Source: Octopus vulgaris
Taxonomy: Eukaryota
Direction: 5' to 3'
DNA: 64,000 bases
Assembly (NCBI GenBank): GCA_951406725.2
Contig: OX597815.1
Location: 87,916,001 to 87,980,000 of the forward strand
Numbering within the stretch: the stretch's first letter is position 1; each line of letters opens with the position of its first letter. Positions 13,211-24,592 of the stretch are shown here, piece after piece. The notes below the pieces were generated by a model. It was not told where the DNA came from and searched no databases. It saw only the letters and a list, made by a program, of their open reading frames with translations. A program made the position numbers and the translations under genes.

Positions 13211-13251
<41 letters not shown>

Positions 13252-14279
13252 CACCTTGAAAATTCTTCTTATAGGAATATGAGAGTTTTTTATTTTTACC
13301 ATATTCTCTTTATCATACAATGTTCTTGAATTTTCCATTTTTGACGAAGCATAAATATACTCTTTTAACAATATGCTTAATTTAACCATAATGAAAGAAT
13401 CCAAAGAAAAAAAGAGAAGTCTAATATTTTCAATTTATCATTTGTTTCATTGTTAAAAGTTTGAAATGGAGCATGATGGCTCCAAAAAAAGAAACTAATA
13501 GAATAATGTCAGAAAAATGAGATAAATACTGTGACCTGATTGGTGAGCATGAGACAAGGGTCTAGGGAAAATAGAGGGTGTTGTGCTTCTCTTACTGATT
13601 TCATTGGACAGCTTGTATGGTTGTGAGTAGATGAGAGAGAGAAAAGGAGAGGAGGGCCATTGAGAGAATATGAGTGTCTCCTACTATGGTTGATTTTTAA
13701 GTGAGTAGCAGTTAGGTTGTTGGCACAATAATTAATACAACTTTGTCCATCCTCTGTTCAAATCTGTTGCCTTTCTGAGACTATCCAGTTTTATAAGTTA
13801 ACAGCTAAATCAAAGATTAACTGATTTTCAATCAACAACTTTTGATTCACCTGTATTTTTGCTGACATTGATCAAAGAAATTCAATTGTACTTGTTGAGT
13901 TTCATTGGTTAGATTTTTCATGGTGTCATCAAGTTCTTGTTTGCTTTCTTTCTTTTTTTTTGTTTATAGAAGCCTAATTGGAGATTATATATAGTCTTTC
14001 CAATGTTTTGCTGTCAAACGCTTTTCAGTATTCAATTTACGTAAGCTTAGGTTTTAAATTTTTGCTTACTGCAGTCTTCAATAACAGCTCTGTTAACAAA
14101 TAGTTGCTTTTTATAGCCTTACATCCTCTTACAACACTCTTTCTGTTCTGGTATGACAATATTACTTTTCAAATGAGCAGCCGGTCAGTTGAAGACAGTA
14201 AATGTCAGTTCTTCGTATTATTTGTAAACAGATTACTGGTTACTGTTGGTGTATTAATATTAATATTATTATTATTATT

Positions 14280-14826
14280 GAGTGAGAGAGCAGTGCATGC
14301 CATCAAAGTGCCACTGGGGTAAAATATATGAAGCCAGTATACCCATCATGACTACTCATCTGATAAGGATACACCAGGCATCTCAACCATATGTGCACGA
14401 CATGGTGATCTCATATCAAGATAAACAGCACATGACCTTGCAGGTGGGGCCCAGTTAGAATTTTCTTCTGGTTGAGTAGCCCATCCTGCTCAAAAGGTCC
14501 CTGAATAAGGATTGTTTAAGGATGTTGAACAAACCACCCATGTTTCCAGAGGTGAATTATCCAAACCTCTAAGAATTCCTTTCAACACATGGCTATAATG
14601 CTCCTCCACTACTTCTACTCATGATCAGAGATGCACATATTGTCAGCCACTAAGGGACATGGTCAACTGGTTAAGGTCAAACAACTGACAAGCAAATCTG
14701 TGGTATTGAGCTGAATATTTGCTGTAGCCTATCTTTTATACCAAGACAAAACAATGTACATGATAACACTTCCAATCAGTTAAGATCAGAAGTCACGAAA
14801 GCCACTGTATGGTACTGCATCAGGGC

Positions 14827-14830
<4 letters not shown>
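14280..14830 (-). repeat. Inverted copy of the 550-bp element
   Basis: Reverse complement of 8758-9312 with scattered substitutions. Confidence 0.85.
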
Positions 14831-14863
<33 letters not shown>

Positions 14864-14865
<2 letters not shown>

Positions 14866-15118
14866 GGTGACACGTAAAAGCACCATCTGTTTGTGGCCGT
14901 TCACCAGCTCTGTCTGGCACCTGTGCAGGTGGCACGTAAAAAACACCCACTACACTCGCGGAGTGGTTGGCGTTAGGAAGGGCATCCAGCCGTAGAAACA
15001 CTGCCAGATCTGACTGGGCCTGACGAAGCCTTCCAGCTTCACAGACCCCAGTTGACCCGTCCAACCCATGCTAGCATGGAAAACGGACGCTAAACGATGA
15101 TGATGATGATGATGATTA
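14864..15118 (+). mobile_element. Solo RTE 3'-UTR fragment, representative; others at about 10175-10490(-), 22820-23130(-), 23220-23410, 28695-28800, 29390-29595, 32712-32955, 35400-35530, 57835-58080(-), 59860-60095
   Basis: Shared gtggttggcgttaggaagggcatccagc...catgctagcatggaaa...(GAT)n core, matching 19400-19655. Confidence 0.8.
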
Positions 15119-15349
15119 TTATCATTATTATTATTATTAAGGCAGTGAGCTGGCAGAAGTGTTAGCATGCTGGATGAAATGCTTAGCAGTATTTTACCTG
15201 TCACTACACTCTAAGTTCAAATTCTGCCAAGGTCAACTTTGTCTTTCATCCTTTCAGGGTCGATAAATTAAGTACCAGTTAAGCATCCCCCCAAATTTAA
15301 GGCCTTGTGCCTTCAGTAGAAAGGATTATTATTATTATTATTATTTTAC

Positions 15350-15790
15350 TTTTCAGAGCTCTTGGTCTTACTTGCTCTAATTGATTCTGTGAGAGTGGAC
15401 AGCAACTTGTTCTCAGGGGTCTCACAGTGTCTCTTCCTACAAATTATAAGCTTTGGTACGTGGATGTTAACTTACAGTGGAAGACACTCAACACCCAAGC
15501 ACCAATCTCAAAATCCTAGCTGTCCCCAAATAGAGCAGTTTTTTGGGCCTGCTCTACCCTCATGTCAATTCCAATTTTTCGGACCTCAATGAAACCGTCC
15601 AACATATGCCAGCATGGAAAACAGTCATAAAATGATGATGATAATTTCTTGAACCTCATTGTTAATGCTCTGAGTGCCCCTACAACTACTAGGATAACAG
15701 TTACTCTCCCCATTGCTCCCATTCTTGCAATTTTGTCTTTTACTAGTCTGTGTTTCTCCATTTTTTCCATTATGTCAACATCAAACAAAT
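15350..15790 (-). mobile_element. Dong/R4-like 3' fragment interrupted by an RTE tail
   Basis: VILVVVGAL...IGIDMRVEQAQKTALFG; RTE 3' end inserted at about 15592-15642. Confidence 0.6.
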
Positions 15791-16049
15791 TACTATTATG
15801 ATTATTATCATTTAAGGCGGTGAACTGGCAGAATTGTTAGCATGCCAAGTGAAATGCTTAATGGTATTTTGCCTGTCACCGTGTTGTGAGCTAAAATTCT
15901 GCCTAGGTTGACTTTGTTTTTCATCCTTTCGGGTTCGATAAATTAAGTACCAGTTGAGTACTGGGGCTGGTATAATTGACTATCCCCCTCCCCCAAATTT
16001 CAGGCCCTGTGCTACAGTAGAAAGGATTATTATTATTATTATTATTATT

Positions 16050-16127
<78 letters not shown>

Positions 16128-18113
16128 AGTAGTAGTAGTAGTAGTAGTAGTAGTATGATAGTATTGCATAGGTTAAGAAACATGATATCTTTCTTGCTAC
16201 AATGAGAAACAGCTTTACAGAGTTAAAACAAAATATTTTCAGTTCACACACATATTTACTACACTTCAAACTTCTTGTATGTGTTTGAGAGTGTGCATGT
16301 ATGTGTGTGTATGTATGTGTGTGTGTGTGTGTGTTTGTGTTTTTTGTGCATGTGCATCTATATATGCATATGCGCATGTATGTGTGTATGTGTGTGTAAA
16401 TTTTATTTTATATTCATTTATACATATGAAAATTAAATACACATACACACACACATATACATGTATACATAGACACAAACATACATTCAGATATATGCAC
16501 ACATGCATTTATATCTATGACCAACTATATTTACATATGTGAACATATATTATTGTTTGTGCATTTGTGCATATGTCTAAATACGTACATACATATATAA
16601 GCACATGTATGTGTATGGATGGATGTCTACATATAAAACAATCACATGTAGTGTTTCAATTCCAATGTGGCATTAAAATAAAATGAAAAAATAATCAACA
16701 ACAATGAGAACGATTTCTTGATTCCATTTTCAAAAAAAAAAACCCCATGTTCTTGAGAAAAGTAGATTGGCATGATAGACTGAAACAGAACTTTCTTTTA
16801 TCTAACCACCACCACTACCACCAACACCATTGCCACCACCACCATCGCCACCACCACCACCACCGCCGCCGTCGCCACCACCACCACCATCACTGTCATC
16901 ATCAATGCCATCATCATCGTCAACATTATTATTGCCACTATCATCACTAACAATAAGCCAGAAGTAAATCCAAAATGAAGCTCATAAAATAACAGCCATT
17001 TAAAACTTAATGTTTCCATTCCCACCTTTCTGCTTCCTTCACTCCATGAGTAGAAGGAACTGTAGTAGTGGCACCACCTAACATCACCATCAGTATCGTC
17101 ACCAATCAGCAGAGTCATCAGAGATTCGGACAAAATGTCTTGCAGTGTTTAGTCATGACCATTTATGTTCGGAGTTCAAATCTTGCCATGGTCATCTTTG
17201 TCTTTCCTCCTTCCAAGTTTAATAAAATAAAGTTTAATAAAATACTGAGGTTGATTTACCTTTCTATAATGCATCCGAGCAGCAAATGGAAATATGAGAG
17301 CAGGCAAGACAAAAAAGGCCACTGATATCATAGCATTCTTAATACCAATATCATTAAAATCATTATCAATGATATCAGTTCAAGACTGTTTCCCTGGTGT
17401 GTGTAGGGACTGAATCTTTATGCAAGTCAATGAGATTATATTCTGACTCCTGGTATTGTTGAAGGAGATTATGCTCTGAGTTTTTGTGCTGGTGAAGTAG
17501 ATCAGGTTTTCATCTCTTTATTTGTTGGATGTCTTCAAGGTCTCCATGGAAGTCTGATGTAATGTGTCTATATTGCATATTGATGCTGTCTATGTGCTGA
17601 AAGTTACAGGGAAGAGATGGGTGATATCAAGTGCATTAGGTGCCTGTGTGTGATTAGAATTAATAGTTAGGGGGTGATTCATGAATGAAGGAAGTGTGTG
17701 GAAGAAATAAAAGACTTTGTGGCACACCAAAGTTAGTGCATAATGCAATCCAATGGTCTGACTGGAAATTTATGATGCAAGAGGGGAGAGGCAGATGGAA
17801 CCATAAGTGGACAACTTAGCAAGGAGGTCTTAGTACCACAGTCAAAGGTCAGTTAATAAAATAAGTCACCACTAATACCTTGGTTTGTTAGTAAATAGCA
17901 TCACCAAGACCCCTAGTAATCTACTAGTTGTCAATAGATGACTACTTTAAATCATTATTATTCCTAAAGCTATAAGCAAATGATATCAATGAAGTGTTTT
18001 GGTATAAAAAGATTGTTGTATGAAAACAAGTGCCAATCTTTTACCTGTCAGAATTAACAACATTCAGTTCCTTTAATAACACTTTGGTTTTAGAAATGTA
18101 AAACAGGACTTAC

Positions 18114-18200
18114 TGAAGACATTCTTGTGAGGTCATTTGTTATCTCGATTCCTTTCAACAGTGGATTCATAACAGAATCAGTGAAAATATTAGTGTGGAC
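18114..18200 (-). CDS. CFAP206: CFAP206 coding exon, 87 nt, phase 0-0
   Basis: taacag|GTCCAC...TCTTCA|gtaagt; VHTNIFTDSVMNPLLKGIEITNDLTRMSS, collinear with recalled HELYFPE...TDVCRM. Confidence 0.85.
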
Positions 18201-18296
18201 CTGTTAGTTCAGCAGAAAAATAGAGAATTAGTTAAAGTCTTCTTAAATACAACAACACCATGTGCAACAAACAAATAACAATACTGAATAAGCTAA

Positions 18297-19655
18297 CTCT
18301 ATAAGATGCACCAAGTGTAAGCTATGGACACATAAGAGATGCAGCAATGTCAAAGGAAGGCTAACTAGGAAGATGGTTTTTGTATGTGGCAGATGCTCAG
18401 GAACAATAAACACTGAAAATGCTCTGAGACCAACTTCCGTCACTTTCCAGGGAGAAAAACTAGAAATAGTTGATAGTTTCCGTTACCTAGGTGACCAAGT
18501 CAGCAGCGGGGGCGGGTGTGCTGAAAGTGTAACTGCTAGAGTAAGAATAGCTTGGGCAAAGTTCAGAGAGCTCTTACCTCTGCTGGTGACAAAAGGCCTC
18601 TCGCACAGAGTGAAAGGCAGACTGTATGATGCGTGTGTACGAACAGCCATGCTACATGGCAGTGAAACATGGGCCGTGACTGCTGAGGATATGCGTAAGC
18701 TCGCTAGAAATGAAGCCAGTATGCTCCGATGGATGTGTAATGCCGGTACTCACACTCGGCAGAGTGTAAGTACCTTGAGAGAAAAGCTGGACCTAAGAAG
18801 CATCAGTTGTGGTGTGCAAGAGAGACGTTTGCGCTGGTATGGTCATGTGGCGAGAATGGATGAAGATAGTTGTGTGAAAAAGTGCCACACCCTAGCGGTT
18901 GAGGGAACCTGTGGAAGAGGCAGACCCAGGAAAACCTGGGACGAGGTGGTGAAGCACGACCTTCGAACTTTAGGTCTCACTGAGGAAATGACTAGAGACC
19001 GAGACCTCTGGAAGTGTGCTGTGCGCGAGAAGACCCGGCAGGACAAGTGAGTCCATAACCCGTGGCCTTCTACATGGGATGGAGCCGGCCTACGTATGCA
19101 TACCTTCCCTTCTTGGGACACAAAACTCTACTTGTGAAGACGTGTTGAGGCAAGTGAGGATCAGAATCGAAATTGATCAATGGAAATTGCGGATGTGCTA
19201 CCAGTGCCGGTGGCATGTCAAAACTCTGCTTGTGAAGACCCGTTGAGGCAAGTGAGGATCAGAATCGAAATCGATCAATGGAAATTGCAGATGTGTTACC
19301 AGTGCCGGTGGCATGTAAGAGAACTTTCCGTTTCGCGACCGTTGCCAGCACCGCCCCGTTTCGTGTCCGTTGCCAGCCTCGCCTGGCCCTCGTGCCGGTG
19401 GCACATAAAAAGCACCATCCGTTCGTGGCCATTTGCCAGCTCTGTCTGGCACCAGTGCGGGTGGCACGTAAAAAGCACCCACTACACTCACGGAGTGGTT
19501 GGCGTTAGGAAGGGCATCCATCCGTAGAAACACTGCCAGATTTGACTGGGCCTGATGAAGCCTTCTGGCTTCACAGACCCCAGTAGAACCGTCCAACCCA
19601 TGCTAGCATGGAAAATGGACGCTAAACGATGATGATGATGATGATGATGATGATA
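18297..19655 (+). mobile_element. RTE-clade LINE 3' portion with long 3' UTR and (GAT)n tail
   Basis: ORF to 19050: SIRCTKCKLWTHKRC...FVCGRC, FRYLGD, AMLHGSETW, RLRWYGHVAR and GRGRPRKTW, typical of an RTE C-terminus; UTR ends ...gctaaacgatgatgat. Confidence 0.9.
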
Positions 19656-20190
19656 TATCAAAACAAAAGAACTACAATATTGTAGTTCACGTTCTCACAT
19701 ACATAAGTATAGAAAACCATATATACAAACAAATTAGCCATTTTTCTGTTTTCAGCTATTCTGACAATCTGCTATTCATGCTATCACATTACATATTTAC
19801 TGGATTAAGACAGCTTTCACTCAGGGCACAATTATCATTCATACAGTAATATGACCTGATCTCATGACTATTCACCACAACTGATGGCAATTTGAGCCAT
19901 AAAGAAGGAGCAAAGTTTTTGACTCCAATCAGAGTGTGATACTAATATGGCATAGATCCAGGTTGTTCTATATCTCACTACTCCTGGAAATTGTGAAACT
20001 TGTTATGTAAATATAAGTAAATCTTTTTAAAGACTCCAAGTTTATTTTCAACTTTTCTTTATACACACATATTTATATTTATATTCACATACACACACAC
20101 ATGCTTGTGCACACACACACCTGCATGTGCACACATACACACATGCATGTGCACACATACATACATACATACATACATACATACATACAT

Positions 20191-20222
<32 letters not shown>

Positions 20223-21260
20223 CTATATAAATATCATCACTGAACTGTACACATCCCTCAATCCTTTGACTACCAAATATTGATATACTGTCTGCTCTAC
20301 CTTGTGGAGTACATAATGGAAGCAACTACTGTTGCTGCTTAACCAATGAACTAAACTGACCAATATAGGCCCAAATATTCTCACCTAGAAGCCATTTAAA
20401 AAGTTCTATTAAATTCTCTTCACTCTTTAGTGAATGGCATGTGGGTTTTCCAAATGGTGTGTTCTGACAGTTTCTGAATACATGCTATATTTATATCAAC
20501 TTGAGTGGTACAAAGGCGAATGCATGTAATACAGAGTAGATATATACAAACATGTTATTTTATCTAAAGGCTGCTAATATAGAGCTCATTGTTGCAAGTC
20601 CGAGACATCAGGTTAGCTGTGTGTGTCTGAGCTAGGCAAGAAGAGGAAGAGAGAGAATTTCATGATGCTTCACTTTTTATATCAAACAGTGGTAAGGCAA
20701 CGTGTCGGCATTCCTACCGGGAGTTGCAGCCTATTCCAGAATATCCTGTAGTGAAGTAAGAAATGCAACTCTCACTTATTTCCCTTTCTCTCCAGTTGGG
20801 TTTGCTACAACTCTGACTCTGTACATCTGAGAAACTTTAAGTAATGTTGGAGCTGAGTCAACTTGTATATTAAATAACTACATATTTGCAACTCCAACTA
20901 AAAGTGTTGACTGCTTTCCCAGTTCAGCAGTGCATCATATTCTTGGGGAAAACACTTCATTTCATATCATTCCAGTCCATTCTGGGAGAGTATGATCTTG
21001 TTCACTTATAACATCATGGAAAGCAAGCAACTGGCTCTAAGAGTCTTAGGATTGAAGATAGTAATGTAGTGTGTGTACGTGTGTGTGTGTGTATTTGTGT
21101 ATGAAAGAGAGAGAGTGAGAGAGAGAGAGAGAGAGAGAGGTAGAATTAGTAGAATGTTGGACAAAAGCACCTTATGTGTTTAGCTACATAGTTACTTCAA
21201 GTCCAGCTCCATTCCACTTATGACTTTTTACCAATGAAATAAGCACCACATGGTAAAATA

Positions 21261-22482
21261 TCAGGTCATTAAAGAATGAAATATCCAATTTTGAACTGAA
21301 AGTTTATTTTACTTTATCTCAGCAAAAAGTAATGCAGTTAATTAAAGTATGCACCTAAATTATCGACACAATTTTGCCATTTTCTTGATAGCTTATTTAT
21401 GCTGGCAGGGAAGAATTCTGGAGGGCAAGAGGTGATTAAATCACGAAAGGCTATTTTTGCATCTTCTTCAGATTTGAAGTTTTTCCTTGCAAAAAGTTGT
21501 CTAATGCCTGGAAAATGTGATAGTCAGCTGGTGCAAGATCTGGTAAATATGGTGGATGACAGAGTACTTCCAAGTTCAATTCCTGTAACTTGAGCAGTGT
21601 TCTTTGTGTAACATGTGGCTGAGCATTGTCTTGCAAGAGAATCATCCTGTCTCTATTGACCAATCTCGGTTATTTAATAGCAAGTTCACTCATCATTTCA
21701 TCCAACTGGTTGATGTATACATCCACTGTAATTAACTTACCAGGTCTCATGAAACGGTAGTGGATGACACCAGTGCTGGACTACCAAACAGACACCATTA
21801 GCTTTTTCTGATGGATATTCTTTTTTGGACTGTGTTTTGGCACTTCGTTTCTATCCAGCCACCATACAGAATGCTTGCTATTGTTGAAAAAGGTCCATTT
21901 TTCATCACTCATAACAATATGATGCAAAAATGGTTTGCTTTTATGCAAGTTTCAAGATGCTGTCTCATTTGATGGTCATTCAGTTTGTGTGGTATACACT
22001 TGTCCAGCTTCTTTCCCTTGCCAGTTTGTTTCAGATGGCCCAATACAGTTGGAACTGAAATATCAAATGTTGCTGCTAACTCACATATAGTTTGAGATGT
22101 ATCTACTTCCACTATAGTTTCCAGCTCATCATTATCCACCTTAGTCTCAGGTCTACCACAGGGCTGATTTTCAAAAGTAAAGTCACCAGAGTGGAACTTC
22201 TCAAACCATCAACATACATTGCCACATCTTCACCAAACACCTCATTGATGTTTCGAGCTGTCTGGAATGCATTGGTTCCAAGATGGAACTTATATTCATA
22301 AACAACACAAAGTTTTGATCTAGCCATGGGATCACAAAAATTGATTTACAAGAGAAAACACACAATATAATCAGACACCATGAATGTTGTAAAACAAAGA
22401 ATTGTCAGAATAAAACATTAGAGTTAATGACTGTCAAACTTGGTGCATAAGAAAATTGGATATTTCATTCTTAATGGCCTGA
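21261..22482 (-). mobile_element. Mariner transposon relic, 1.22 kb, transposase decayed
   Basis: TIRs tcaggtcattaaagaatgaaatatccaattt / aaattggatatttcattcttaatggcctga with flanking TA; motifs QDNAQPH, HPPYLPDLAPADYHIF and LDKCIPHKL. Confidence 0.9.
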
Positions 22483-23462
22483 TAATTACTGAGATTGATA
22501 TAATTGACTATACGTTAGAAGGTAATACTCCTGAATGGGTACAATCCAATAACTAAAAGCATTGAAAATAATAAATTATATTTGGAGTTCTTCAAAGAAT
22601 TTCTTGAGGTACATGTAGAATACTCTTCTTTCCAAAACCATCATCTACTGTGTCTCATATCCAGCTTCTATAATAATCACTTTAGCCAATCTTACCCCAT
22701 TAGAAGTGTAACCCTTTGGAATTCTATCCCATAGCCGTTGAATGGAACTATCAACTGATTCCATCTTACTAGTCTAATAAGAATATTGGCACTGCCTCTT
22801 CCTTTTTCAGACTACCTTCATCATCATCGTTGTCATCCTTGTTGTTGTTTAATATCCACTTATCATACTGGCAGGGGTTGGACAGTTCGACAAGAGCTGG
22901 CCAGGCAGAAGATTGCACTAGACTTTTGTGTCTGTTTTGGCATGTTTTTTTTTGGGGGGGGGGGCTGTATGCCCTTCCTAACACCAACCACTCCGTAGAG
23001 TGTGAGTGCTTTTTACATGGCACCAACACTGGTAGGGTCACCAAGTAACTTGCAAGACAAAGATCTTTTGAGAGGGTGGGGTACTGGAGGAGGTGATTTT
23101 GTGCCAGATGATGAAAGGCTAGAGTGTGACCTTATAAATACAAAAGCAACACAAACGCAAATGATATACTTTGAACATGAAGGTGTTTTGAATGAAGCCA
23201 ATAATGATTACTGCTGCTAATACCATGTAAAAAAAACACCCAGTACACACTATAAAGTGGTTGATGTTAGGAAGGGCATCCACTCATACAAAATCATACC
23301 AAAATAGAGAGTAGAGTTTGGTGAAGTTATCTGATTAGCCAGTTGTTGTCCAACCATCAGTATGGAAAATGGATATTAAATGATGATGATGACGACAACG
23401 ATGGTAACGATGATGATAATAATTACAATGATAATGAAGTGAGTACATATATAAATACTTAC

Positions 23463-23567
23463 TTTTGAGAAGGAGCCCAGAGAAGTTGCCACATTGCTGT
23501 ACACACTCAAAAGTACCATTTCCTCTTGTAAATAATTCCACAACTGGGCCAGATGAATAAATTGTGG
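23463..23567 (-). CDS. CFAP206: CFAP206 coding exon, 105 nt, phase 0-0
   Basis: ttgcag|CCACAA...TCAAAA|gtaagt; PQFIHLAQLWNYLQEEMVLLSVYSNVATSLGSFSK, compare recalled PIFIALSTLWTSLQDE. Confidence 0.92.
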
Positions 23568-24281
23568 CTGCAATGAAACAATACATACATACATACATAT
23601 ATATATTTAATTAGAGGATATATTAACTTCATGAAGGGATGGTTGCATCCAAGGAAATACTGGTTCAATACCTAGTATTTAGAGGGGAATCAAATTCCCT
23701 TAAAACAATAGGTGTATATTAAGCATATAGTTTATATCCAGTTAAAAGAAGAAAAGAAAATGTAGATAGGGAAGTTAACAATCATCCATTATTAACAAAT
23801 TGGTCATCTTCGCTTGTAATAGCTGTTTCAATTAGTACTCAATAATTTAATTACAAATTTGTACATTAAATTTGCATTCATGTGACATGAACATAATTTC
23901 ATCAGAGAAAAAAAGGATGTACCTTGGGATGTTATATGTGGACCTGTCAATTCATTTCAGCAGACACACACACACACGCACATACACACACATACATATA
24001 TACATACATACATGCACACATACATACACACATATGAATGTATGTATATATATAACAATACCTTGATATATATTCATTAAACCCATACTAGCGCAGAAAA
24101 GCAAATGTAACATTAATTAATGAATAAACAAAAAGAAATCTTCCTCCAAAAAATCTACTTCTGAACGCCTATCTTATTCCTTGCTGAGCCATTTCGTTTT
24201 ACTTAAGCCTTGTCCCTTCAAATTTTTTATTGTTAAATATACCATAGAAGATGTTGAATATAACCAAGCTAAATCTAGTCT

Positions 24282-24592
24282 GTGGAGGCACATGGCCTAG
24301 TGGTTAGAGCAGCGGAGAGGTGGTCGAGGGATCGCGGGTTCGATTTTCGGACCGGGCAGTGTGTGTGTTTATGAGCGAAACACCTAAGCTCCACGCGGCT
24401 TTGGCAAAAGGTAATGGTGAACTTCTGCTGACTCTTTCGCCACAACTTTCTCTCACTCTTTTCTCCTGCATCTAGCAGCTCACCTGCGATGGACCGGCAT
24501 CCCGTCCAGGTGGGGAACCTATACGCCAAGGAAACTGGGAAAACCAGCCCTTATAAGCAAGGCATGGCTCGAGAAGGAACAACACACAACAC
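24282..24592 (+). mobile_element. tRNA-derived SINE with 11-bp TSD
   Basis: A box TGGCCTAGTGG and B box GGTTCGATT; TSD AAATCTAGTCT at 24271-24281 and 24593-24603. Confidence 0.88.

Noticed and set aside
24282-24360. tRNA-like sequence
   Set aside because: Head of a TSD-flanked SINE; no complete cloverleaf identified.
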